A stretch of 64,000 bases of DNA from Octopus vulgaris (Eukaryota). Both the position numbers and the translations under genes were made by a program. The notes below the pieces were generated by a model. That model searched no databases, was not told the origin of the DNA, and was given only the letters and a program-made list of their open reading frames with translations. The stretch spans positions 43,400,001-43,464,000 of the forward strand of contig OX597820.1 in assembly GCA_951406725.2 (NCBI GenBank), written 5' to 3'. Positions 1-12,796 of the stretch are shown here, one piece after another (position 1 is the first letter of the stretch; every line of letters starts with the position of its first letter).

Positions 1-94
1 ATGTATACGTACACACACACACATATATATATATACACACAAAGATATATACACATACATACATGCGTGTGTATGTGTTTGTATAACGATACAC

Positions 95-555
95 GTGTAC
101 ATATATAACGATATACATGTGCATTTATAACGATACACATGTACATATATAATCTATTTTCTTTGTTCCTATGGAATTACTTGTGTTATTTTGCATTTAA
201 CTATATTTCACGTAAATCTATATCTTTCATTAAATTATCTTGACATATTCCATGAAGTAATGTGATAGTAACGATTTGGAACGCACAGAACTCACGTTTG
301 ATTATTCCTGTGTAGAATTTAGGAAGTAAGTTCAAATCCCTACGTGATTTAAGTTTCATTTCAATCATTTCAAGTTCGATAGAATAAGACAGATGTAGTA
401 AGTTCAAAGATATTGAATAATCCTTTCCGAAATCATTACATGTGTACATATATAACGATATACATGTGCATTTATAACGATACACATGTACATATATAAT
501 CTATTTTCTTTGTTCCTATGGAATGCTTGTGTTATTTTGCATTTAACTATATTTC
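95..555. repeat. ~115 bp direct duplication (95-209 and 442-555)
   Basis: gtgtacatatataacgatatacatgtgc...ttgcatttaactatatttc occurs twice, nearly identical. Confidence 0.9.
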
Positions 556-1235
556 TATTTTGAGGTTTTGCCACGGCAAGCCTCCTCAAAATTGAAGAAA
601 CCTTCTTAGGATTCCTGCAGAATACAAGCGTAAACCCTTCTGCAAGCCGAGAATACGTTTGTCAATTTTAGTGACCTTCATCATCTTAGGTAGCGCTTTG
701 GGTGTTGTGAAAAGCGCACCAGCTACTGCAGGGACAATTATCACCGTCTTTCACAATTTCTTCATCAATCTGGCGAAGTCTTAATATTTCTCTATTTTCT
801 CAATTACTTTCGTATCCACTTTGCAATCATATGACATATTAAATTTGATCTTACTGTTTGTCCATTGTATTTGATTCGGACTTTTTTGCTTGTTTTTTTT
901 TTTTGGCTTTGTTTACTAATTGTTTTACCTTCATCTATCGCATCTGACCTACACGCGTTAATACTATAGTACGTCTGCGGGAAAAGTCCCATAAAAAACT
1001 TCTTGGTACTCATCATTCACCATCACAGACTCCGTTCATGTTACTTTTCTCCAATTTGGAAACAGAAACTCGGTTACCATCGCAGCGCACAGATTGCCAG
1101 CGCGTAAAATTTTGCGGTTAGTTGTCGTCTCCTTTTCCATAGATTTTGCGTTTCCTTTCTGACTGAGTTCTTTCAGTCTTTATCGCATCAACTTCTTTCT
1201 AATGGCTTGTTGGCTATAATTGACAATTTAGGTTC
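556..1235 (-). mobile_element. Degenerate 3' fragment of a restriction-like endonuclease non-LTR retrotransposon (R4/Dong/NeSL-like)
   Basis: Minus-strand translation with stops/shifts: IIA.QQAIRK, then KIEKY*DFARLMKKL*KTVIIVPAVAGALFTTPK, then ILGLQKGLRLYSAGILRRFLQF*. This matches the EK..KY.DL..EL..LW....VPVV.GALG C-terminus of RLE LINEs. Confidence 0.7.
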
Positions 1236-1553
1236 TTGTTTCATGTAACTGTCTCTCAGATACAACCAGTGTTTTTTTGCCCTCGAACATCGTTGGTTCT
1301 TACATTTTATTATGGATGTATTTTACAAGAAGCATATATATATAACAACATGCAGCACGATATTTTGTCAGTGAACAGGTCGCGGTCTCAAAGCGATGAA
1401 AATATTTTGACAAATTAAATTTAAATGATGAAGTGAATCTAACGGTTTTGTGTGTTTTTTAAATGGCTCATAAACACCTTCCACGCTGCAATTGTTTTCG
1501 TTCCAGCACACGATCTCAGATCAAGTCACTCGCTATGCAAGTACATCTCCGTA

Positions 1554-1584
<31 letters not shown>

Positions 1585-2102
1585 TACTCTGCAAAACCGT
1601 AATCTTTCTAAGTACTTTTCATAAATTCGCACATGCAACATCATCCCAAGATAATGCGTGAAGAAAAAAATCCTAGGTGTGTTTCCTCCCGGAAGTAAAC
1701 CACAAATGCCAAACAAAAGGGAAACTGAAAGATTGATTGTTGCAATGGAGCTTTTGTAGATTATGAATGAATGTTAGGATAACACGCAGAAAACCTTTCA
1801 CGTGACGTTCAGAAACTTTTATGACGTCACACACTCCGTTTTCTTTCACCTTTTCTTCGTCCTTAATATCCTACACCACCTTCATTCAGTTTTTCCTTCT
1901 CTCCATTTCTCTCTATCTCTTTCACTTCATAGCTTACCATTTCGTATACACACAAACCACTCATACACGCACACTCAAGTATTTCTGTGAGAAAATATGT
2001 ATTGGAACTCATTATAATATTCTTTAATAAGCCTTAAAAATGTGTCCTTAAATATTTAAACTACAAGTACCATGGAGAATAAAGTGTCGCTCTCTATTAT
2101 GA

Positions 2103-2150
2103 ATCTCAGACATCGATGTTTCGAACTATTTTGGCTCTCGTCAATGAGAT
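2103..2150 (-). ncRNA. Type I hammerhead ribozyme-like motif (core C3U variant)
   Basis: Minus strand: ATCTCA-TTGACGA-GAGC caaaata GTTC-GAAA-CATCGATG-TC-TGAGAT. Perfect 6-bp stem I, 4-bp stem II, palindromic stem III, GUC site. Confidence 0.75.
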
Positions 2151-2225
2151 ATACCTAAGAGAGGCAACTCTGAACAAACTTATAAAGCAATAGTTTTATA
2201 TAAAATTCAGCCAATACATACAAAC

Positions 2226-2299
<74 letters not shown>

Positions 2300-3080
2300 C
2301 TACCAAACGTACCCGTCCCTTGAACGGTGTAGTTTATTATGATGTGGCCTTCCTTTGAACGGTTTAAGTTGAATTAGCCCGTAATTAGAAGTCGTTTCAA
2401 GTTGATAAACGTAAATTGTATAATTACCAATTTCATTAGCAATTTATTATATGGTATTAAGCAAACTAGGTAATGAATAAAATTTTGTGAACACAAATTT
2501 GGCAGTTAGTAATAAATGGAAATCCATGAAATGAGGTCGCAATTGCTGTAGGCATCAGCGATCATATATCTTACTTGAAGCATTTTGTAGCATGTAGTTA
2601 TTTTACTCCTAATGCCTCACACAACCGCATTGAATCTTTTCACAATGGAAGTCATGTGTGATAAACAAAAGCAACCATTTGTAGCAATCACGCAAATAAA
2701 GTAATGGCGTGTACAAAAATAAATGTGGGAGCATGCTTATGAGCGAACAACGTGCGTGAAGTGAGAAGGGTCATTGAAGGTAATTTACTGTTAACAGCAA
2801 TCACGGAAATGAAGCAAAATATCAATGAAATGCTTGTAGCAAGTCGGATGTCTAACGGCTACGGTTTGGCGTAGATGTGAAGATTGTAGTAGAAGAGTAA
2901 ATAGTGTATGATTACTTTGTAGACGACATTTTTTTTATTTTTCCTTCAAGAGCGTGGATGAATAAATTGTCTGGATGGCCAACTCTGGAACAACTGACGT
3001 AGAACTGTCCATGTGAAAAGCATGACGTTCGAAAGACCAATCTGACAACTTTCAACGATTGACATTGTGCTTTGTTGCTA
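2300..3080 (-). mobile_element. Helitron 3' fragment (end of Pif1-like helicase plus terminal hairpin)
   Basis: NKAQCQSLKVVRLVFRTSCFSHGQFYVSCSRV resembles Helitron TINKAQGQSL...FSHGQLYVA.SRV. Minus-strand hairpin CCGTTC aag GGACGG, then GTAG|T running into (TA)n at ~2300. Confidence 0.8.
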
Positions 3081-3329
3081 CCACGAGGCAGCCTCATCGT
3101 GGACCATTTTCGTTGTACCCCTGTACATCACTTGGCATTTCGTGTGGAGACCCACAGAGGCAGTCTGCTTGTGGGAGCGGACTACGCCAACTGCCTCACT
3201 GACAGTCCAAGTCGTGTTGTTCAGAGAAGTGGGAAGATAAATTTAATCTAACGGTAGTAGGTGTAAATAACTGGAAGCCGTTAGCAAGAACTCTGCATAC
3301 AGAAGCCCTGACGCAAGTCCACTTTTCTC

Positions 3330-3790
3330 ATCTGCACTCTATCTTGCATATCAGGTGGCAGGACCCCATTCCGGGATCAGTTAATGTGGACGTTAGCATT
3401 ACCTCAACGCAGCTGCACTGGGCGGATCACGTTTACAGGATTTAGGGCGACTGGCTCCAAAAGATAGTTTACTACACTGTTTTGCGTCAATGTATGAGGA
3501 GTCATGTTGACCAGATGTGATGATATAGGGTTCTATTCAAAAGACATATGAAGAACTTCGGCAGGAGAGAAGGCCCTGCAGCACGATGAATATTACTAAA
3601 CGCTAAAGCACATACTTCCAACCATGGAAGAGAAAAACCGGAGAGAGTATGAAGTTTATGAGAGGCGTCCCTTCTGCGTTGCGTCAATAACTTCAACTCC
3701 AGTAGATGTTGTCGTTGCTGTTGATCACATTAGCGACTGCCAGAGAACACTTCTGATTAAGAACAGTCAATGTCGACCTACAACGCACAG
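3330..3790 (+). mobile_element. Degenerate RTE-clade LINE, C-terminal ORF fragment
   Basis: ILHIRWQDPIP...QLHWADHVYRI*GDWLQKIVYY resembles RTE IL.I.WQD.I.N...LRWAGHV.RM...RLPK. Confidence 0.65.
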
Positions 3791-3810
3791 CTTCCCCAAA
3801 AATTCTTAAG

Positions 3811-4057
3811 CAAGGATGAGTGTTGGGTCATTCATTTGAGCCAGACACAAAGAAACAATTTATGGAGTGGGAACATGACTCCAAACGTACTCTTATAAAG
3901 GTCAAGGTAGTTTCAACGGCGGAGATGGTGATAGCCACAGCTTGTTTTTTTGTTTTTTTTTGAGATGTACTATGTATTATATTTATTGACTATCTTCAAA
4001 TGTCCCACACCCTCAGTGGAAAGTAGTAGGCCAACTTTCTGAGGCAGTTACGAAAAG
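3811..4057 (+). mobile_element. Mariner transposase internal fragment
   Basis: KDECWV/FEPDTKKQFMEWEH...KVKVVSTAEMVIATA...IIFIDYLQ...ANFLRQLR, with frameshifts; matches the mariner GDETWV..FEPE.K.QS.EW / KVM..VFWD..G....DYL region. Confidence 0.7.
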
Positions 4058-4104
4058 TTATGAAAACGAAACGCTCACGAAAATTATATATATATGTGTA
4101 AGTA

Positions 4105-4140
<36 letters not shown>

Positions 4141-5666
4141 TGTATATGCATACACACACACACATATATATACATGTATATATGAGTATATATATATGTA
4201 TATATATATACATATATATTTGTGGATTATATATATGTATGTATATATATGAATTATATGTATATATATATATATATATATACACCAGTGCTACATGGTG
4301 TATTGGGAGTCCCTGAGGATCTTAATCTGCGACCCAGATTTATTTCCTATCTGAAGCATATTTCACTTCACTTATGTCGGCAACATCCCATTTCTCTCTT
4401 CTCTAAAAGTAGTTCATTGTTCTACTTGAAAAAAAAATTATACAAATATTTCTAATCAAAAATTCATATCAATTCACATAACATTAACATCAAAAACAAT
4501 GGACTGCAATTTTTTGAAAAAAAAAGTAATAATAGCAAATGAATAAATAAATGAATAATAGAGAAGAAAATATAAAATAAATGGCGACTCATGTACATTG
4601 AATGCACCGTGTTGAAAACTATGCTGTCTTCTCTGTCGCACACTTAAAAACCTCTTAACGAGATAACAGAAAATTCAACACTAGGGAGAAGGGAAAAAAA
4701 TGTGATTTTCCAAAAGCTACGTTAATCCCCTAAATGTTTGGAGGAAAGTAACATCAAAAGGGATGCAACTAAAATTAACATGAACAAAATTGAAATGTCA
4801 TTATATGGGATTGATCTTCAATAAAATCAAGCCATTATAACGTGGGCTGTTCAAATGGCTGCTTAACCTTTTTACAGAAAAGATTATCGAATAAAGAAAC
4901 ACAAAAACAAATAAAAATTTATAGTGCTGTTGCTTTTTTAATTACTACTGCTTTTTTAAAAATCTTTATTATATTTAATATTTATGAATAAATTTTGTTG
5001 TGTTAATACAAATCTAAGGTTGCCTATAATTGATTTCTTGAGACTAGACATCGGCCTATTCTGGATGGAACGAGGCTGTTTGGTGAATCTGGACCAGTTG
5101 TACTAGCGTTAAATTTAAGGATTTAGTTAGAATTTGAACTCGAATGCTTAGCGTAAGTAACTGAAATGCAATTGTTCCAGTGAACTACGTTCTTATAGAG
5201 CTGCTTCGTACACGATTTCATTTTTTAGTGTTTTTTTATTATTCATTTTTCTCATTATTTTCTATACGCTTTTTAGTGTCGACGGTTAAAGTTGTAGACA
5301 CAAGTCAAAATTTTTCAGAGAAGTAAATCACAAAGAACAGAAAAGTGAAATCTGAATGATAGTTATTTAACAAACCACGAATGATAAAAAAATAAAGCTC
5401 GTTAATTTAGACGGAGTATGAAATCAAAAACATTTCTTTAGTTTAGTGTATTGATTATAATATTTACATTGCATTTCTTTCCATTTCTTATTACAAAGTC
5501 TTCATTTAATTAATATTCATATTCTAAGCAAAATTTCGTGACAAGTTATATTACTTTGCTAACATAAAGCATGACATTGGTAGCAGGAAAACAGATTGAG
5601 ACAATCACAATTTCTCTTGCCACATATTCATTATAAATATGAAATACGATATAAGGTGTTAAATTG

Positions 5667-5853
5667 GTTTCCAATTTTGACACAAGGTCAGCAGTTTTGT
5701 GGAAGGCATAAACCGATTACTTATTTTATCGACCCTGAAAAATGAAAGGTAAAATCGACCTCGACGGAATTTTAACTCAGGACGTAAAAACGGACGAAAT
5801 GTCGCTAAACAATTATTTGCCAGGCGTCCTAATGATTCTGCCAGGTCGCCGCC
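5667..5853 (-). mobile_element. tRNA-derived SINE, family A (degenerate, alternative tail)
   Basis: Reverse complement begins ggcggcgacctggcagaatcattag and contains gagttaaaattccgtcgaggtcga; homologous to copies at 21149, 28059, 51292 and 63029. Confidence 0.8.
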
Positions 5854-6452
5854 TATAGTGAGTCGTTAAATTGACAAACTTCATTCGATATATTAAATGC
5901 ATGTATAAAGCATATATGAATATTTATTAGAATAATGGCATTTATTATTAAAATTGCCTGAAACGCATTCCTTTGCCGAACGTATGTTCTTTCAAATGTC
6001 TTGAATCGATACTTTGTAAATTTCAAGAAGTCAATCTTCGTTTGAATTTTTTAATTTGTATACCTAAACGGAATTTTTAGGTATACAAATTTGGGTATCA
6101 CATAATAAGCTACATGCTATGATTGATTGATTGATAATTCATATGACATTATCTTTAATTTACATTTATGTTTTACTTGTTTCTGTTTCAAGACTGCGGC
6201 CTTGCTAAGGTCAAATCTTAAAGAATTGTCCGCAGTAATTTTTATTTTTCAAAGCCAGGTATTTATTCTATTTGTTACTTTCCCCGAACTGCTTGATAAC
6301 GGGGATGTAAACAAACCAACAATGGTTGACAAGCAGTGACAGGGGACAAAGAGACACGAAGACACACTCACACAAATACATACATACACACACACACGTA
6401 TGTATATATAAATATATATATATATACATGCATATATATAGATAGATTATTT

Positions 6453-6598
6453 TATTCTCTTTGTTGTTTCAGTCATTTGAGTGCGGCCATGCTGGAGCAC
6501 CGCCTTTAGTCGAGAAAATCCACCCCAGAACTTATTCGTTGTAAGCCTAGTACTTTTCTATCGGTTTTCTATCCCGAACCGCTAAGTTATGGGGACGT

Positions 6599-6644
<46 letters not shown>

Positions 6645-6800
6645 GACGGGCTTCTTTCAGCTTCCCTTTACCAAATTCACTCACAAGGCTATACCCGAGG
6701 CTGTAGTAGAAGACACCTGCCAAAGTGCCACGCCGTGGGACTGAACACGAAACCATGTTGTTGGTAAGCAAACTACTTACCACATAGCCACTCCTGCGCC
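6453..6800 (-). mobile_element. tRNA-derived SINE, family B
   Basis: Homologous to the full + copy at 52935-53331 (ggcgcaggagtggct...ggcggtgctccagcatggccgc). Partial copies also at ~6170-6350 and 6868-6973. Confidence 0.85.
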
Positions 6801-6805
6801 TATAA

Positions 6806-6841
<36 letters not shown>

Positions 6842-7376
6842 ATACGTATATCCATAGAAAATGATTTGATAGGCCAGAGGCTAGAGTAGAGACACTTGCC
6901 CAAGGTGCAACGCAGTGGTACTGAACCTCGAAACATATTATTGGGAAGCCACCTTCTTCCACACAGACATGCGTCAGTATATTTTGTTATATAAAGTAAC
7001 ATTTTTTCTCATTTACAGATGTTATTAAATGGAAAGTAGCATTATTCTTAGTAGGTAAAATTTATGAAGAAAAATAGCACAAGCATAAATGTTACATATG
7101 TGAAGCAAATGTTTAAAAAATTTATGAGTGAACTATGGAAATATTGACCATATAATGGATCAGTAACACTGAAGTCCGGTAGCATATGTCCTGGAATATT
7201 TGGGGATGTATTTCATGATTTGTAATTAGTAGAGTAGAACCAAATCAAATAAGTTTGCAATCACTTTCATTGTCTTCTACATTGGAATTCTAAATAACAT
7301 GCTTTCTAAAAAGGTATTATTCATCTTTCGCATAAACAAGCATACATATATGTGAATATATATATGTATATATACA

Positions 7377-7440
<64 letters not shown>

Positions 7441-7491
7441 AGTATAGATTGTAAGAGTATAGGTTGAATTAATATATAAGTTCCATTCTAG

Positions 7492-7541
7492 CAAAAACTG
7501 TCTGATGAACGGCAACGAGAAACTCAGAGTAACAGATTTTG
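7492..7541 (+). ncRNA. Minimal type I hammerhead ribozyme
   Basis: caaaaaCTGT-CTGATGA-aCG gcaa CGa-GAAA-CTC a GAG-TA-ACAGattttg. Intact core, GUA site, extended stem I; lies between two (TA)n tracts. Confidence 0.75.
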
Positions 7542-7567
7542 TTGAATTTTCTGCTGCTTAAAATAAA

Positions 7568-7605
<38 letters not shown>

Positions 7606-7607
<2 letters not shown>

Positions 7608-8008
7608 TCTTTTACTCACTTTTACTTGTTTCAGTCATGTGACTGTGGCCATGCTGAAGCAATGTCTTTAGTCGAGAATATCGACCCCAGGACTTATTCT
7701 TTGTAAGCTTAGTACTTAATCTATCGGTCTATTTTGCCGAACCGTTAAGTTACGGGAACGTAAACACATGAGAATCGGTTGTCAAGCGATGTTGGGGTGG
7801 GGGGAACACAAACACACAAATACACACACAGATACATATATACGACAGGCTTCTTTCAGTTTCCGTTTACGAAATCCACTCACAAGGCTTCGGTCGGCCC
7901 GAGGCTATAGTAGAAGACATTTGCCCAAGGTGCCACGCATGGACACTGAACCGAGGACCATGTGGTTCGTAAGTAAGTTACATACGACACCACAGCCACT
8001 CCTACGCC
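7606..8008 (-). mobile_element. tRNA-derived SINE, family B (near full length)
   Basis: Reverse complement of the 52935-53331 copy, including the ccttgggcaa motif and the cagtca/tgactg tail hairpin. Confidence 0.85.
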
Positions 8009-8087
<79 letters not shown>

Positions 8088-8105
8088 ATATATATACACA
8101 TATAC

Positions 8106-8143
<38 letters not shown>

Positions 8144-8645
8144 CGCATACACACGCACGCACGAAAAAATGTACATATATATATATACATGTATGTATGT
8201 ATATATGCATATATGTATATGTATATTTATATGTGCTCGCGTGCAGATTTTCCGGATATATTTTTCAGTCATGATATATGCACTTGGATACCGGCGTGAA
8301 TCATGATACCCGATACTCTTTACCTCCTGACCCCAAATTGCTGTCCTTGTGCTAATATTCGTGTCCAATATTCATATGGCTTCTAGTCATCTACATCAGC
8401 TACCTTCTCGACTACAACTTGAATCTTTATGCTCTCTAACGCCGTTGATTATTTACCGATGCATCAACTTCTTCAAAAAGTGAGACAAAAATTAATGAGT
8501 TTGGAACGAAAACCTTGTATATGAATCTGTGTGTGTGTTTGTGTCTCTCTGCGTGTTCGCGTTCGCATTTGAGTGCCTGTGTGTATACACACATATATAT
8601 ACGTGCATTCACACACAAACATACGCTCACAAATACACACACACG

Positions 8646-8681
<36 letters not shown>

Positions 8682-9015
8682 CCTGCTCGCTTAACCAGCG
8701 GGGTGGCGTCATTTGAAGGCTAAAACAATGCGAAGCGCATTGTGACCAGCGATGCGTAGCAACAGTTCGGTATGTCACGGTGATAACGGTGATATATATA
8801 TGTATATATATATGTATATACATTTATATAAATAAGGATAAGATCGTTAATCTAAAATAAAACAACGAACTTATCAAGTGGTCAGCATGGAAGAAATATC
8901 CTTCAAATGTAATAATTATTAAAATTATAAATTAGGGTATCTACGAGATACCACCATGCTGAGAAAAGCACTCATGAACCGACTCTAAAAACCTAATTTA
9001 TAATTTCAATAATTT

Positions 9016-9137
<122 letters not shown>

Positions 9138-9353
9138 CATATACATATACATATATACATATACATATATATATACATATACATATATATATACATATAC
9201 ATATATATACATATACATATATATATACATATACATATATATATACATATATATATATACATATGTATATATACATATATATATACATATATATATACAT
9301 AAATAATATATATATATATATATATATACCTATCAAAGTATCAAAGTATCAAA

Positions 9354-9387
<34 letters not shown>

Positions 9388-9391
9388 ATAT

Positions 9392-9718
9392 GTTCTTTTA
9401 TTCTTATAATCTTATATTTGTGTCAGTTATTTGACAGCGGTCATCCTGAAGCACTGCCTTTAGTCGAACGAGTCGACCCCCGGACTCCTTGTAAGTTTAT
9501 TACCTATTGTATCGGACTGTTATCCCGAACAACTAAGTTACAGGGACGTAAACACATGAAAATCGGTTGCCAAGTGATGGTGGGGAACAAACACAGACAC
9601 ACAAACATATACATATATACATACGACGAGATTCTTTTAGTGGACGTCTATCAAATCCAGTTACAAGACTTTAGTTTCACCGAGACTCTAGAAGCCAATT
9701 GCCCGTGGTGCCCCGCCT
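9392..9718 (-). mobile_element. Degenerate SINE family B copy
   Basis: gcggtcatcctgaagcactgcctttagtcga...ctaagttacagggacgtaaacac matches the family B 3' half. Confidence 0.7.
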
Positions 9719-9719
9719 A

Positions 9720-9746
9720 TACACCATATATATATATGTATATGTA

Positions 9747-9782
<36 letters not shown>

Positions 9783-9858
9783 TATTTATAAACATAGGTA
9801 TAGACATACACACATACACATATGTATGTATATACATATGTACATATATATGAATATG

Positions 9859-9901
<43 letters not shown>

Positions 9902-10668
9902 TATATCTGTCTATATATGTAGGTATATATATTTATATACATACATATATATATAGACAGATATATATATGTATAAATATATATACATATGCATAAATAG
10001 AAAAAATATATCCATATATATTCATAAATATGCATATGAATATACATACGTACATGTATATGAGTGTATGTGCATATGTAAGTGTTTGTGCTTACATGTA
10101 TGTTTGTAGGCTGCTTCCTTTCTTTGCATGTGTATGTACATACATACATACACACATGCATACACACATACATACACACATACACACGCATATATATATA
10201 TATATACATACATATACATATACATACATACAAATACATACATATACACATACATACATACATACATACATATATACATACATATATATACATATACATA
10301 TACATACATATACATACATACATATATACATATACATACATACATATATACATATACATACATACATATATACATATACATACATACATATATACATACA
10401 TACATATATACATACATACATATATATACATACATACATATATACATGCATACATATATATACATAGACATACATATACATATACATACATGCATACACA
10501 TACATGCATACACATACATACATACATACACATACATACACATATACATACACATACATACACATACATACACACACATACATACATGCACAGACATACA
10601 TGCACACATACATATACATATACATATATATGCACATATATATATGCACATATATATACACATATATA
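9720..10668. repeat. Compound (TA)n/(TACA)n/(CATATA)n microsatellite
   Basis: ~950 bp of low-complexity TA/CA repeats. Confidence 0.95.
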
Positions 10669-11433
10669 TTTTTTTCTCTAGTTGCAGCTCAGAGCTGCGG
10701 CCATGCTGATGCCCCGCCGTTTTGTGCTACATTGTTATTACGAAGAACCTCGTCTAATATGTGGCACTTGGTGAAGAATGGAGTTTGATATAGCTACTAT
10801 CATTTGCACTTCTTGCTGTGAGGTAGGTTCATCTGGGACTCTCGACAGGAAGATGTCCAGTTTTGATTTAAAAACCGCTACATCTACTTTGTGCAAGTTC
10901 CTCAGACTCCTTGGGAGTATATTAAAAAGCTGTGGGCCCTTGAAACCCAGGCTGTTGCAGAAGCTGGTCCTGAAGCGTGATGGCATTGCTGGGAACTTTG
11001 GCATTATGGAGTGTCGTCCCGCTCTAACATTCGTGTAGCTTACAATGCCAAAATTTGGCACAATTCCTTCCAGAATCTTCCAGACATATATTACTGCATA
11101 ATTCTCCCGTCTTCTCTCCAGGGAGTAGAGACTTAGCTGTTTCAACCTTTCCCAGTAGCTGAGTTGTTGCAAAGAGACGATCTTCTTTGTGAATCTTCTC
11201 TGGATTGCTTCAAGGTCCGCTGATAATTTTACACTGGTGGGTGACCATAGCTGTGAGCAGTAATCCAGGCGGGTGAGGGCGAATGTCCGCCAGAGGACCA
11301 TCATGGTTTCCTTATCTCTGGTTCTGAATGTTCTTAGGATCCACCCAGCCAGTCGTCTGCACTTTGTCGCCATCCTGGTAATGTCCACTTGGAAAGAGGT
11401 ATCATCACTCATGTCGATACCCAGGTCCCTCAT
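10669..11433 (-). mobile_element. CR1-like LINE, 5'-truncated 3' end with open reading frame
   Basis: [10 protein letters not shown]...ILRTFRTRD...LDYCSQLWSP...LEAIQRRFTK...YWERLKQLSLYSLERRRE, open to the stop at 10738, followed by a hairpin tail and an A-run. Confidence 0.9.
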
Positions 11434-11475
11434 ACATATACACACATATATATATACGCACATATAGATATATAT

Positions 11476-11527
<52 letters not shown>

Positions 11528-11767
11528 TTATATATATATACACACACACATATATATACACATATATATATATATACACACATATATATACACACATATA
11601 TATATATATACACATATATATATTATCACATATATATATACACACGTATATATACACACATATATATACACACACACATATATGCACATATATACATACA
11701 CATATATATACACACATATATATACACACACACACATATATATATATATACACAAATATATATATAT

Positions 11768-11822
<55 letters not shown>

Positions 11823-12175
11823 TATATATATATACACACACATATATATATATACATATATACACATATACATATATATATATACATATACACATATACA
11901 TATATATATACACACATATACACATACATATATATATATATGCACATATATATATACACACACATATATATATATACGCATATATATATATACACACACA
12001 CATATATATATACATATATACACATATACATATATATATATACATATACACATATACATATATATATACACATATATATATACACACATATACACATATA
12101 CATATATATATATATATGCACATATATATATACACACACATATATATATATATACGCATATATATATACACACAC

Positions 12176-12206
<31 letters not shown>

Positions 12207-12361
12207 CACATATATATATATATATATACACATATATATATACACACACATATATGTATACACACATATATATATATATATATATACATATATATATACA
12301 TATATACACATATAAACATATATATATACGTATATACATATACACATATATATATATACAC

Positions 12362-12394
<33 letters not shown>

Positions 12395-12443
12395 TATATA
12401 CACATATATATATATACACACATATCTATATACGCACATATAC

Positions 12444-12500
<57 letters not shown>

Positions 12501-12550
12501 CATACATATATATACACACATATATATATATGTACACATACACACACATG
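11434..12550. repeat. Compound (TA)n/(CA)n microsatellite
   Basis: ~1.1 kb of TA/CA repeats; source of many spurious Y/I/H/T ORFs. Confidence 0.95.
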
Positions 12551-12567
12551 TATACTTTATTTACTAG

Positions 12568-12617
12568 CAAAAACTGTCCGATGAACGGCAACGGGAAACT
12601 CAGAGTAACAGGTTTTG
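12568..12617 (+). ncRNA. Second copy of the 7.5-kb hammerhead family (core U4C variant)
   Basis: caaaaaCTGT-CCGATGA-aCG gcaa CGg-GAAA-CTCAGAG-TA-ACAGgttttg. The element continues to ~12714, and that tail recurs at 31338-31393. Confidence 0.7.
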
Positions 12618-12712
12618 TTGAATTTTCTGTTTCTTTAAATAAAGCATATTACTCTACCACTGGTATTTCATTACTCTTTGTCCACCTTGTTTCATATTTA
12701 TGTGTTTACTCC

Positions 12713-12796
<84 letters not shown>

